In this document: one piece after another, positions 25,928-35,478 of the stretch | Layout: each line of letters begins with the position of its first letter | How positions within the stretch are numbered: position 1 is the stretch's first letter | Assembly (NCBI GenBank): GCA_945861645.1 | Contig: CAMAVZ010000018.1 | Location: 1-37,836, forward strand | Source: Opitutus sp. GAS368 | Lineage (GTDB): Bacteria > Verrucomicrobiota > Verrucomicrobiia > Opitutales > Opitutaceae | Length of the DNA: 37,836 bases | Reading direction: 5' to 3' | Position numbers and translations under genes: made by a program | Notes under the pieces: model-generated | What the model was told of the DNA's origin: nothing | Database searches by the model: none | The model's input: the letters and a program-made list of their open reading frames with translations, nothing else

Positions 25928-27360
25928 CGCGGCGCGGACCAAAGTAAAATGTCGGGTCGTAGGCCGAAGGCGGTGGCAGCTGCTGGTGGAGGCAGATCGA
26001 GTCGGGAGTCGAGCAGCACCATATCATACGCGGAGAGATTCTGCGGTGGCGTGGTGAAATATCCCACCGTAGCGCGGTCGCGTAGATACCAAGGGAGCGG
26101 CCAGGCATGATCGGGGCTGATCACGGCAATTTTTTTATCGAGCGCTTGAGTTTCTAACGTCGTCACCAGTCTGGTCAGATCGGGCGACGTGGGTTGATAG
26201 AGGTAAGGGCTGCGACTGTCATTAGCGTAGCGGCCAAGTGCGGGGCCTGCGCGCCAAGCGCCCGATAGTACCAGAGCTAAGCCGAAAAAAGCAGGGGTGA
26301 AGCGGCCAATTTTTTCGGGCAGCCAACGGGCAGAATGCGCCGCGCCGAGCCCAGCCAAGAGTGCGAGACCAGCGTAAGGTGTCAGCAAGAGCCACGGGGT
26401 TTTGTAGGGAATTAGGCTATAGATCAGCAGCAGCGTGGCGGTGAACGCCGCCAAGGCGCGATGGGTAGGGTTGGCCTGAGGAGAAAAAGCGAGGATCGCG
26501 CCGCCGAGGGCGCCCAAGAGCAACAGCGGTTCGCCCCAGTAGATGCCGCCCTGCGTGTGGGGCCACAGGATCGCGCCGTAATAGAACCAGGGTTGGTCAT
26601 GAGGACCACCTGAGGCGCGCTCGGCATAATTAAAATAAGCGCGAAGCCCGTCGGTGAGCCCGGCGGAGTGGGTGAAGAATGCTGAATAAAAAATGACATA
26701 AACCACGCTGGCGGCCAGGAAGGCGATCAGCAGTCGGGGGACCAGACGCCCGATTTCGCGCCATGGTCGAACGATGAGCAGGGCGCCGCCAAGTGCGGCG
26801 AAATGCAGGACCGAGGTTTCTTTTGTGGCCTGCATCAGCCCGGCGATTATGCCGACGATCAAGGCGGTGGTGAGGGTGGGGCGATCGATGAAGCGCAGGG
26901 TCGCAAAAAATAAGGCCCAAGTGAAAAAGCTGAACCAAGCTTCTTGTACAAAATAAGTATCATAGATCACCGCCAAAGGTGCGATCGCGAGCAGGGTGGT
27001 GCCGATCAAGGTGGCGGTGCGCCCGAGGCGAGGGGCGGCGCTGAGCAGCAAGGCCAGCGTGCCTAATCCGGCGAGCAGCGTAACGGTGCGAAACTTAGCC
27101 ACCGTAAGTGTGGCCGGGGTTTGCCCGGAGATTTTCGCTAAGCCCGCTGCGGCATAGTAGAGCAAGGGCCCATGTTTATCAGCGGGATCGTAGGTGTAGC
27201 CATCGCCGCGCACGAGCTGCCACGTTTGATAAGCTTGCACTGCTTCATCGGCGTGCAGAAGACGTCGATCGATTTGCGCAAAACGTAATAAGGCCGCGCC
27301 GGCGAGGAGAAGACCGGCGAGCAAGACGAACAACCGGCGGCTATGCGCGGGGTCGGCCAA
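25924..27360 (-). CDS. GT-C fold multi-pass membrane glycosyltransferase (TIGR03663/Agl23-like, PMT_2-like)
   Basis: RLLHADEAVQA, YTYDPADKHGPLLYY, YFVQE, ATKET, HDQPWFYY, IPYKTPW, WPLPWYLR and many TM segments. TTG start at 27360 is inferred. Confidence 0.8.
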   Translation of the reverse strand: MADPAHSRRLFVLLAGLLLAGAALLRFAQIDRRLLHADEAVQAYQTWQLVRGDGYTYDPADKHGPLLYYAAAGLAKISGQTPATLTVAKFRTVTLLAGLGTLALLLSAAPRLGRTATLIGTTLLAIAPLAVIYDTYFVQEAWFSFFTWALFFATLRFIDRPTLTTALIVGIIAGLMQATKETSVLHFAALGGALLIVRPWREIGRLVPRLLIAFLAASVVYVIFYSAFFTHSAGLTDGLRAYFNYAERASGGPHDQPWFYYGAILWPHTQGGIYWGEPLLLLGALGGAILAFSPQANPTHRALAAFTATLLLIYSLIPYKTPWLLLTPYAGLALLAGLGAAHSARWLPEKIGRFTPAFFGLALVLSGAWRAGPALGRYANDSRSPYLYQPTSPDLTRLVTTLETQALDKKIAVISPDHAWPLPWYLRDRATVGYFTTPPQNLSAYDMVLLDSRLDLPPPAAATAFGLRPDILLWSAPR

Positions 27361-27997
27361 AGACTTCGACCTCGATGTAGTGGTTGAGCTCGTTGGCGGT
27401 ATTACCCGCGCTATAAAGGCGAACATAGCGAGCGACCGCCTTGTTGGCGGGAATGAGTCGGCCCGTATTTTTGTCTAAATAAGCCGGCGAGGTCCCTACG
27501 CCGAAGCCAGCGTGGTTTTTATCATCATTATTAAACAGCGTGCGGACGTTTTGTTTAAAAGTGGGGTCATCAGAAACTTGGACAATGACCTCGAGGTAGG
27601 CGCGAGATTGGGCGTGGTAGTGCCAGACGGCGATGGCGTAAAGTTCCGCCGCGATTCCGAGATCGATCTGCACCCATTGGCGGCCGCGATCGAGTTCCAC
27701 AAAATAGCCTTCTTCGGATTCTTTATCGCCATCAGTGATTAGGGAAAGATCACCGATGACGGGAGCTGGGTCAGAGGAGGTGACGCTTTTGCCTTTCGCC
27801 AAATTAATGACGTCAGCCGAGACGAAAATGGGGGCCGGTCGGGCGCTGGGCGATTCTAAGTTAGTGAGCTTGTTGGGGACGGGCGTCCCGGTAAGAATCG
27901 GCGGGGGGAAGCTTAGCTTGAGCGGAGTCAGGGCTTCTTCCGCGCGAGCGGCGCAAGGGGCTAGACCGAGGAGAACGAGTGCGAGGATTTTATGCAT
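27341..27997 (-). CDS. Secreted discoidin/F5/8 type C (galactose-binding-like) domain protein
   Basis: Signal MHKILALVLLGLAPCAARA; NLAKGKSVTSS, ITDGD, QWVQIDLG, ARYVRLY, EVEVFG. Confidence 0.85.
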   Translation of the reverse strand: MHKILALVLLGLAPCAARAEEALTPLKLSFPPPILTGTPVPNKLTNLESPSARPAPIFVSADVINLAKGKSVTSSDPAPVIGDLSLITDGDKESEEGYFVELDRGRQWVQIDLGIAAELYAIAVWHYHAQSRAYLEVIVQVSDDPTFKQNVRTLFNNDDKNHAGFGVGTSPAYLDKNTGRLIPANKAVARYVRLYSAGNTANELNHYIEVEVFGRPRA

Positions 27998-28007
27998 GCC
28001 AAAAAAA

Positions 28008-29354
28008 TTAAACAATGAAGTCGGAGGGTTTGTAATCATAAGCCGAGCGGGCGGCGACGGCTGGATTAACTTGGAAGATGGCGGCTTCGCTAGTGAAGGC
28101 GTGGGCGGCATCGCACGTTAGCGTGGCTTGTCCGCGCATGGCCGCAAAGAAATTTTCGAGGTGGGGCTGATGCAGCGGTTTGTCGAGCACGATGGGCAAT
28201 TCGTAGGCCACGAGTGGGGCAGTTTCGCGGACATCGACTTTGCCCGCAGTTGGGGCGGCCGCGACGTAGGCGCTTTTTTTAATGTAATTAAGTTCCACCC
28301 ATTTCTCCCAATCAGGGGCGCGATCTTCGCGGTAGACTTTGGTGAGGGCGGGATTTTCGGAAATCTTTACAGAGCCTTCATCACCCATAAATTGCTCGAA
28401 ATATCCGCCGCCCGCGCTGGTCGTGGTGAGGACTTGATAGAAGGCGCGCGCTTTGCCTTCCGGCGTAGTATATTCAAAAATCGCCATGACGTTATCGTAC
28501 CATTCCCGGCCCTTGTAATAATCAGCGCCACCCGAGGCGATCACGCTGGTGGGGTTGCTTTGGAAAAACCAATTAAAGATATCGATTTGGTGCGCCCCGA
28601 GGTCAGAAATCGGCCCGCCCGACAGATCGCGGTACCAACGCCAGTTGCGGAATTGGTGCATGTCCTTGAAGCCATATTTTTTTAAGACGTCCGCTGGGAT
28701 TTCCGCATTTTTTGGCCAACCAGCATCCGGAGTGACGGCGCGATTCCATTGCGCGTTAGCGTTGGTGAGGCGGCCGGGCAGGCGGGCTTTTTTGATAATA
28801 TTGTCTAGGGCGTGGCGGTAGCGCGGATTGCTGCGGCGTTGGTGACCGATTTGGCACAATTTGCCTGACTCGCGCATGGTCCGTACGATGGAGCGAGCGC
28901 CTTCGATCGTATTGGACATCATCTTTTCGCAATAAACATGCAGGCCGGCCTTCAGGCAGAGATTCGTGTGCGGCGCATGCCAAAAATCAGGAGTCGCGAT
29001 GATGACCGCATCGAGGCTTTTTTCCTTCGCCAGCATGTCTTCAATATCAGCGTAGGCGGCGACCTTGAAGCCGGCTTTGCCCAGACGATTTTGTCCGTAA
29101 GTGCGGCTGAAGGACCAGATATCGCAGACGGCGCGGAAATTTAGACCAGGAATGCCCAGCATGGCATCGAGTAAAATTCGACCCTGCACGCCGAGGCCGA
29201 CAATGGCGACTTGCAAGGCGTCAGCGCGGGGGGTCTGTGCGCGCAGAAATGCAGGAGCCCCGAGAAGAATACCGCCACCGACCAGCAGGCTGGTCCGCAT
29301 AAATTCGCGACGATCAACGCTGGGGGTGGGGGCAGAGGCAAGGGGAAGGGTCAT
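28008..29354 (-). CDS. Tat-exported Gfo/Idh/MocA oxidoreductase
   Basis: DRREFM Tat motif, VGLGVQG, TPDFWH, YCEKMM, QIGHQRRS, NWRWYRDLSGGPISDLGAHQID. Confidence 0.92.
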   Translation of the reverse strand: MTLPLASAPTPSVDRREFMRTSLLVGGGILLGAPAFLRAQTPRADALQVAIVGLGVQGRILLDAMLGIPGLNFRAVCDIWSFSRTYGQNRLGKAGFKVAAYADIEDMLAKEKSLDAVIIATPDFWHAPHTNLCLKAGLHVYCEKMMSNTIEGARSIVRTMRESGKLCQIGHQRRSNPRYRHALDNIIKKARLPGRLTNANAQWNRAVTPDAGWPKNAEIPADVLKKYGFKDMHQFRNWRWYRDLSGGPISDLGAHQIDIFNWFFQSNPTSVIASGGADYYKGREWYDNVMAIFEYTTPEGKARAFYQVLTTTSAGGGYFEQFMGDEGSVKISENPALTKVYREDRAPDWEKWVELNYIKKSAYVAAAPTAGKVDVRETAPLVAYELPIVLDKPLHQPHLENFFAAMRGQATLTCDAAHAFTSEAAIFQVNPAVAARSAYDYKPSDFIV

Positions 29355-29362
29355 GGATAATT

Positions 29363-29896
29363 TTACCAACGCTTGGTCAGGGCGAAGCGATTATGGCTGG
29401 CGAGTCCGAGGGCGGCGACGACGAGCAAGAGATGGATCGCGAGCCAAGCGACGCCGGCGCTCTCGTTGATTAAAATCAAGCCGAAGGAAAGGCTGAGATA
29501 AATCAATCCGTGCACCAGCAGTGACGTGCGGGTGGCGATGCCCAGCAGGAGTGCGACGCCGGCGATGATCAGCGCATAGCCGAGGGTCGCGCCGTACGGT
29601 TTGAGTAAAAAAGCCGGCAGCAGAGGTTCAGCGGCAAACTTTGCTTGGAGCGCGGTCGGAATGCCTTGGTAATATTGCAAAGCGTAGACCTTGTGATCTA
29701 TCGCAACCATGGCGCCGTTGATGTCGGGTTGGCCAAATTCATCGAGCAATGGTTTTTGTTCAGAAACCTTGCCGGCAAATTTCTCCAAGCCCGTGATAAT
29801 CGCGCGCAGGCCAAGCCACAGGCGGAGCAGGATAAAAGCGCAGCTGGAGGCGTAAGCTTCGAGGCCGCAGTCAGATTTTTGAGGGCTAGATGGCAT
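29363..29896 (-). CDS. DoxX-like membrane protein
   Basis: LLRLWLGLRAIITGLEKF, a soluble loop, then GVALLLGIATR and further TM helices. Confidence 0.7.
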   Translation of the reverse strand: MPSSPQKSDCGLEAYASSCAFILLRLWLGLRAIITGLEKFAGKVSEQKPLLDEFGQPDINGAMVAIDHKVYALQYYQGIPTALQAKFAAEPLLPAFLLKPYGATLGYALIIAGVALLLGIATRTSLLVHGLIYLSLSFGLILINESAGVAWLAIHLLLVVAALGLASHNRFALTKRW

Positions 29897-29901
29897 AGCT
29901 T

Positions 29902-31299
29902 TTAAACAGGGATGATCCACTCGGAGGCGAGATTGGGTTTGAGCAAAGCATCGACGGCGGGGACGTCGAGGGCAGACATTTTTTCGCGATTCCAGATGAT
30001 CGGCTGGCCGGTGCGTTGGGCTAACGTGCCGAGTAGCACAGCCTCGGTGAGCGGCGCGCTGTAATCAAAATCAGCGCCGGCTTTACCGCCGTCGCGAATC
30101 GCCCGGAACCAGTCGTCGAAATGGCTGCCTTTGAGTCGCGGGATGGTGGCGGGAGGCAGGTGGGTATAAAATTCCTTCTCCAGTTCGAGCGGGAAAATCT
30201 GGGGTCGGCTGCTGGCGCGCATATCGGGCACCAAAATAGTTCCGCGGGTGCCGACGAAGGCGATGACGTTGGTTTCTTTAGCGATCAAGGCCGCCGGCAC
30301 GTGAGGAACGGCAGTAGGTTTATTTAGGACGTCTCCCTTGTAGCCATTGCACCAATGCAGTTTTACCGCTGGGCGCGAGGCGCGGGCGGGATATTCGTAG
30401 ATTGTATCGGAACAGCGCGGCACGGTTGGTCCGCCGCGGTGGGGAGAATTGTCAGTGACGCGGGTCGGGAAGCCGACGCCGAGCACAGTTTCGACGACGT
30501 CCATCATGTGGACGGCGATATCACCGATCGCGCCGGAGCCAAAATCCCACCACGAGCGCCAAGCTTGGGGCACGTAGCGAGAGGTATAAGGCCGCGGGCG
30601 ACGGCCACTGAGCCAGACTTCCCAGGGAAAGCCATCTGGCATGGGTTCCGCTGGGGCATCGGTCTGGAGGCCCGACCAGCGCTGCAGATTAAGTCGATCG
30701 GTCCAAAGATAAACTTCGCTGATTTCACCGACAGCCCCGGCATCGATCCATTCTTTAAGCACGCGCAAGCCGCTAAAGCTATGGCCTTGGATACCCATTT
30801 GGGTCACGACCCGAGATTTTTTCGCCATAGCATGAAGCTGGCGGGTTTCCCAAATGGTCGGGGCGAGAGGTTTTTCGATATAGACATGCTTACCCAGCTG
30901 CATGGCCACCATGCCGGTGGTATAATGGGCATGGTCGGGGGTGCTGATGACGACGGCGTCGATCTCGCGGCCGAGTCGATCAAACATGGCGCGAAAATCT
31001 TTAAATTGGGGGACGTTCGGAAATTGTTTGTAGGCATCGACCGCGCGGTCCGGATCGACGTCGCAGAAAGCCACATAATTATTGGCGGACAGGCTGAGGG
31101 CTGGTTCGCGGCCTTTGCCCCCGACGCCAACGAAAGCGAGATTGATGCGGCTATTGGCGGAAGGGCCGCCGTCACGCGCCCGCACGATGGCTGGAAAAGC
31201 CCAAGCGCTGGCGGCGCCCAAGGCGAGGCGGCGCAGAGCCTCTCGGCGAGAGATTGAGGCGGGGCGGGCGCTGGTAATCTGGCGGTGATGGTGGGGCAT
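29902..31299 (-). CDS. Tat-exported Gfo/Idh/MocA oxidoreductase
   Basis: SRREAL Tat motif, VGVGGKG, STPDHAH, YIEKPL, TQMGIQG, WRSWWDFGSGAIGDIAVH. Confidence 0.92.
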   Translation of the reverse strand: MPHHHRQITSARPASISRREALRRLALGAASAWAFPAIVRARDGGPSANSRINLAFVGVGGKGREPALSLSANNYVAFCDVDPDRAVDAYKQFPNVPQFKDFRAMFDRLGREIDAVVISTPDHAHYTTGMVAMQLGKHVYIEKPLAPTIWETRQLHAMAKKSRVVTQMGIQGHSFSGLRVLKEWIDAGAVGEISEVYLWTDRLNLQRWSGLQTDAPAEPMPDGFPWEVWLSGRRPRPYTSRYVPQAWRSWWDFGSGAIGDIAVHMMDVVETVLGVGFPTRVTDNSPHRGGPTVPRCSDTIYEYPARASRPAVKLHWCNGYKGDVLNKPTAVPHVPAALIAKETNVIAFVGTRGTILVPDMRASSRPQIFPLELEKEFYTHLPPATIPRLKGSHFDDWFRAIRDGGKAGADFDYSAPLTEAVLLGTLAQRTGQPIIWNREKMSALDVPAVDALLKPNLASEWIIPV

Positions 31300-31388
31300 G
31301 ATGAGAAGGGTAAAGATGAACGTGCTTCTACCCAGAGCTACAACCTCCCTAGGCTAGGAGCAAGCGCTCAGCAGAGAAGGGGATAAAA

Positions 31389-32906
31389 TCAGAGGCGCTC
31401 GATGAATAAATTGCGAAATTCAACTTGGCCGCCGTGATCTTGCAGTCCGACGCGACCGGCGCGGGCCATATCTTTATACGCCGTTTTAAATTTGTTGGCG
31501 GTGCCGTCGGGGTTGAAGCCGGCGGTGGTCCACTCGTCGAGGTTCACTTTATTAACCACTTCGCCGTTGAGCATGACGCGGAGCGATTTGCCTTTGGCGG
31601 TAATCACGTAGCGATTCCATTCGCCGGGCGCAATGGGCACCACGCGAGCGGGGGCCGCGACATCGTAGACGGCTCCGACCAAGTGTACGGGTTTAACTTC
31701 ATCGCCTTGCAGGATTTGAACTTCGATTGAATTGTGCAGCCATTGCACGATGTCAGTGGTGCGAATAAAGACGCCGCTGTTCGATTTTTTCTGTGCTCGG
31801 AATTCAAGCGTAAGAATAAAATCTCCGTAGCTTTCTTTCGTCCAGAGATCGCCATTGGCTTTGGCCTCGGCGGGGCGCGTGGGGGTGAGCACGCCCTCGG
31901 CCGTGAAGGCCCAAGCCCCCGTCCGCATATCGGCGTTGCTGAGATCCGCCGCAAACAGCGGTTGCGGCGCGGGCCAGCGGGCGGAATCGCGGCTGCGAGC
32001 CGAGGCTAAGGCGGCGTGAACATCCAAATTATAGCCCGCGGGAGCGATCAAGCCGCGGGTGAGATCATTCGTCGAGACTGCGCTGGCCGAGCGGAAAAAA
32101 GTAACGCAGCGCTCAACTTCGGCGAAGAGGGCGGGTGAGATATGTTCGTACTCAATGTAAGCGATGCCCTGAAAGCCCTGGCGGCGAAGCTCAGCTAATT
32201 GTCCGGCCACGTTGGAAGTGCCCGTGCCCCAAGGTAAATCGCGGGAGCGTTTGCCGCGTTCAGCGATATCTTTGAAATGCAGCGAATTGATGTGGCCCGC
32301 GGCGAGTTGCAGCGCCGCGACAGGCTCGAGGCCGGTGCGGGCCCAGTGGCCGGTGTCAGCGCATAGCCCAAAGCGATCACCCAGTTTAGCAATCGCCGCG
32401 AGCGCGGTTTGCGGCTGAGCGTAAAATGAAGGGGTCGGGTGATTGTGGAGGGAGATTTTGAGCGAAGTTTTGGCCACGGTGGGGGCGATAGCCGTCAACA
32501 TGTCGGGCTTAGCTTCGGTCACGATTTCCTGTAAGCCGGCTGCTTGGGCGAAGGCGAAGAGGACGGTCCATTCCGCCGCATCTTTTGGGGTGATGACGCC
32601 GTAGCTGGTGATGGTGACATCTTTGGCGAGGGCGAGGGCGAGAATTTCTTTCAGCGCCGCCGCATCCATCGTGTGGTGAAATTTACCAGTCAGGCCGCCG
32701 CCCAAAGTTTGGCCGGGATAGGCTTGCAGATAGCGAATGCCTAGCGTGTGCGCTTGGCCGAGGGTTTCGACCAGGGTAAGATTGCGGAACGTCCAAGCTT
32801 GGAGTCCGAGTCGCGGCTGGCTGGGCGCTATGGTTGGAGTGGGCGAGGAGCAGGAGCTCGCCAGCAAGCAACCGACGGCGAGGAGGAGAAGAGAAAAGCG
32901 TTTCAT
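31389..32906 (-). CDS. Lipoprotein fusion: sugar-phosphate-isomerase-like TIM barrel + DUF1080 (3-keto-disaccharide hydrolase-like) domain
   Basis: Lipoprotein-like signal (LLAVGCLLASSC). TIM motifs QAWTFR, LHNH, DTGHW, LHFKD, IEYE; DUF1080 motifs DLWTKESYGDF.L.LEF, NSGVF, EVQI, GEWN, GLQDHGGQVEFRN. Alternative start at 32927. Confidence 0.87.
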   Translation of the reverse strand: MKRFSLLLLAVGCLLASSCSSPTPTIAPSQPRLGLQAWTFRNLTLVETLGQAHTLGIRYLQAYPGQTLGGGLTGKFHHTMDAAALKEILALALAKDVTITSYGVITPKDAAEWTVLFAFAQAAGLQEIVTEAKPDMLTAIAPTVAKTSLKISLHNHPTPSFYAQPQTALAAIAKLGDRFGLCADTGHWARTGLEPVAALQLAAGHINSLHFKDIAERGKRSRDLPWGTGTSNVAGQLAELRRQGFQGIAYIEYEHISPALFAEVERCVTFFRSASAVSTNDLTRGLIAPAGYNLDVHAALASARSRDSARWPAPQPLFAADLSNADMRTGAWAFTAEGVLTPTRPAEAKANGDLWTKESYGDFILTLEFRAQKKSNSGVFIRTTDIVQWLHNSIEVQILQGDEVKPVHLVGAVYDVAAPARVVPIAPGEWNRYVITAKGKSLRVMLNGEVVNKVNLDEWTTAGFNPDGTANKFKTAYKDMARAGRVGLQDHGGQVEFRNLFIERL

Positions 32907-32929
32907 GTTAAAGAAAGAGAGAATCATTA

Positions 32930-34288
32930 TTAATAAACTCGGTAGGCTTTGCTGACGAAGCGATCGGCGGAGGGCAAATTACTGCAAATCATGCGGGCTG
33001 AATCCCATTGGATCGGCTGGCCGGCACGTATCGCCAGATTTCCGAGGAGACAGAATTCCGTGAGATCAACCGCGTGATCGACAAAGTTAGAGCCTGGCGC
33101 GGGACCCTGGCCTTTGCAGGCGGCGATCCATTCGAGATGCGGATTGGATTTAGGGACGCGGGGGATGACGCGTTTGGGTCGATCGGTAAATGCTTTCATG
33201 CGCGACTCAGGCAGCAGGCGCGGAGCGGCGTTGTAATCATCGGGGTTAATCAGCACGCCTTTATCGCCGTAATAAATGGAACCGCCGCTGGGCAATTTAC
33301 CGCCAGCACCGAGCTCAGCCGGCACCGGCGGCTTGTGGTTGCCGTCGTACCAGATCACCTTGACGGGCGCACGCTGGCCGCGTTGCGGAAATTGGTAGGT
33401 GACGATTGAAGCATTGGGCGCGATCACATCGCTCCCGCCTTCGCTGGTGGCGCTGATGCTAACATCGCCGCGAAGATCGAGGGTCCAGAAAGCGGCATCC
33501 ATAATATGGCAGCCCATATCACCGAGTGCACCGCAGCCATAATCCCAATAGCCGCGCCATTTGAAGGGGGCGATGGTGCTATGGTAGCCGCGTTCGGGGG
33601 CGACGCCTAACCAGAGATTCCAATCCATGGTATCGGGCGCCGGCTGCGCTGCGGGCAGGGGGATGCCCTGCGGCCAAACGGGACGATTGGTCCAGAAATG
33701 TACTTCGCGCACGGTACCGATCACGCCGGCCTCGATCCATTCCTTGGTTAGGCGGGTGCCTTCGTTGGCGTGGCCTTGATTGCCCATTTGGGTTACCACC
33801 CCGTGTTTAGCCGCGGCGGCTTTGAGGATCCGCGCCTCCGCGATCGTGTGGGTGAGAGGCTTTTGGACGTAAACATGCTTGCCCATTTCGATCGCCATCA
33901 AGGCTACCGGGAAATGCATGTGATCGGGCGTGGAGACGGTGACAGCGTCGATGCGATCACCCATTTCAGTCAGCATTTGCCGGAAGTCGCGGTAGCGTGG
34001 GACGAGCGGCAGTTCTGCAAAAGCCGCGCGGCCTCGGGCAAAATCCACATCGCAGAGGGCCACGATATCTTCGCCGAGGCAGGCCATGCTATCGCTGTAG
34101 CCTTTGCCATCGATCCCGACGCAGGCCACGCGCAGTTTGCGGCCGCTGGTCACCAAGTTTTTAAAACGACTCGGGGCATTGGTCTCCGCGGTGAAGCCAC
34201 GAGGGGCGAGGCCGGCCGCGAGGGCGGCGAGCGAGGCGGTTTTTAGAAAGCGGCGACGGGTGACGAGATGTGGCGGGGGAATATTCAT
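32930..34288 (-). CDS. Tat-exported Gfo/Idh/MocA oxidoreductase
   Basis: TRRRFLK Tat motif, VGIDGKG, STPDHMH, YVQKPLTH, TQMGNQG, WRGYWDYGCGALGDMGCH. Confidence 0.92.
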   Translation of the reverse strand: MNIPPPHLVTRRRFLKTASLAALAAGLAPRGFTAETNAPSRFKNLVTSGRKLRVACVGIDGKGYSDSMACLGEDIVALCDVDFARGRAAFAELPLVPRYRDFRQMLTEMGDRIDAVTVSTPDHMHFPVALMAIEMGKHVYVQKPLTHTIAEARILKAAAAKHGVVTQMGNQGHANEGTRLTKEWIEAGVIGTVREVHFWTNRPVWPQGIPLPAAQPAPDTMDWNLWLGVAPERGYHSTIAPFKWRGYWDYGCGALGDMGCHIMDAAFWTLDLRGDVSISATSEGGSDVIAPNASIVTYQFPQRGQRAPVKVIWYDGNHKPPVPAELGAGGKLPSGGSIYYGDKGVLINPDDYNAAPRLLPESRMKAFTDRPKRVIPRVPKSNPHLEWIAACKGQGPAPGSNFVDHAVDLTEFCLLGNLAIRAGQPIQWDSARMICSNLPSADRFVSKAYRVY

Positions 34289-34508
34289 AGGGGGAATTAA
34301 AGGCTAAGCACAGTAGCCGGCTGCGATGAAGAAATTAGGCAGGGCAAGCCGCGGGAGATAAATTACGGTAGAGGCGACGCGGCAACCATGAGGCTAGTGG
34401 TTTTAAAATGGAGAAAATCGGCGATGTAAGCGTGCTGATTTGGCGCGTACACGGAGGGGGAAATAAAAAAAATGCGGACAGACTATTTAGATGTCAGGCG
34501 GCAATTTG

Positions 34509-34521
34509 TGCAAGCGTTACA
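34509..34521. promoter_or_regulatory. Possible LacI-family operator upstream of the oxidoreductase operon
   Basis: tgcaagcgttaca: a CG-centred quasi-palindrome of the LacI/cre type, about 220 bp upstream of the start at 34288. Confidence 0.35.
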
Positions 34522-34590
34522 ACCGCTCCACGGGCTCGAGCTCAGCTTGGTTGAGTTGACTGGTCCGCGTTTGGCGCGGGGGCGACGGGC

Positions 34591-35478
34591 TTACTTTCCC
34601 GTTGCTGGTTCGAGCTGCGCGATGACTGGATCCGCTGGCGTACCGAATAGCCAGAGGTAGCGGAGCGAAGGTAATTTCTTCAAGGCCGTTGCGGCCGTTT
34701 TATCCGTGGCGGTACTGGTCAAATTGAGCACCGCCAGATTTTTAAGCTGATGAAGTGCGGTTAAGCCGCCCGGGGTTATGGCGGTTTGGGTCAGGTCGAG
34801 GATCTGCAGATTTTCGCAAAGTGCGAGCGAGACCAGCCCAGCATCGGTGATATGAGTGCGCGCTAATTCTGCTTCGACGATCAAATCGGCGACGGGCTTG
34901 AGTTGGGCTAGGACCGCATCGTTACATTGTGTCGGTGCGCTGGCGGTGCGCAGCACAAGGCCATCGGTGGGCACGATTGAGCGTGGGACTAGGCGAAGGC
35001 CAAGTTTCTGGGCCAAGGCCGTGGCGGCGGCGAGCCGCGGGCGATAATCTGGCGCGGCCAGTGGGGCGACGAGCGAGCGCGCGAGCGCGGGAGCATCGAA
35101 GGGCTCAGTTGCAGGGGCCCCAGCGGCGATCCATTTTTCCAGCAGCGTGATATCTGCGGAACTCAGGAGCGGCTTGCCGTCGGTCGGCATGACCTCATCG
35201 TCGCTCGCTGGTAGAGTAATCCGCCGGTGGAGTTCGCTGGCGGTAAAATCGCTCGCCTTAACCACCAGCCGGTCATCGCTCCCGCGCATGATGTGAGCAA
35301 TGGTGTCGAGGCGGAGGCCGGCTTTTTGTTTATTCTCGCCGTGACAACCGGTGCAGTTTTTATCGAGCACGGGAGCCACGCGGGTGGCAAATGTGGCCGG
35401 CTCTGCCTCCAACCGTGGGTTAAAGGTTAATAACGTGAGCGCAGTGCCGAGGGTTAAGAATTTAGAGTAAAATATCAC
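34591..35478 (-). CDS. Planctomycete-type cytochrome c domain + leucine-rich-repeat protein
   Basis: VAPVLDKNCTGCHG (CxxCH), GLRLD, SELHRRI, VMPT (Met ligand), WIAAGA; C-terminal LRRs (LARTHITDAGL, LDLTQTAIT, LNLTST, LWLFGT). GTG start at 35478 overlapping the DUF1501 stop is inferred. Confidence 0.85.
   Translation of the reverse strand: MIFYSKFLTLGTALTLLTFNPRLEAEPATFATRVAPVLDKNCTGCHGENKQKAGLRLDTIAHIMRGSDDRLVVKASDFTASELHRRITLPASDDEVMPTDGKPLLSSADITLLEKWIAAGAPATEPFDAPALARSLVAPLAAPDYRPRLAAATALAQKLGLRLVPRSIVPTDGLVLRTASAPTQCNDAVLAQLKPVADLIVEAELARTHITDAGLVSLALCENLQILDLTQTAITPGGLTALHQLKNLAVLNLTSTATDKTAATALKKLPSLRYLWLFGTPADPVIAQLEPATGK

Noticed and set aside
30355-31257. Long antisense ORFs (e.g. 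300 aa here; also 22212-22856 and 28128-28685)
   Set aside because: They are shadow frames opposite well-supported GC-rich genes and show no recognisable motifs.
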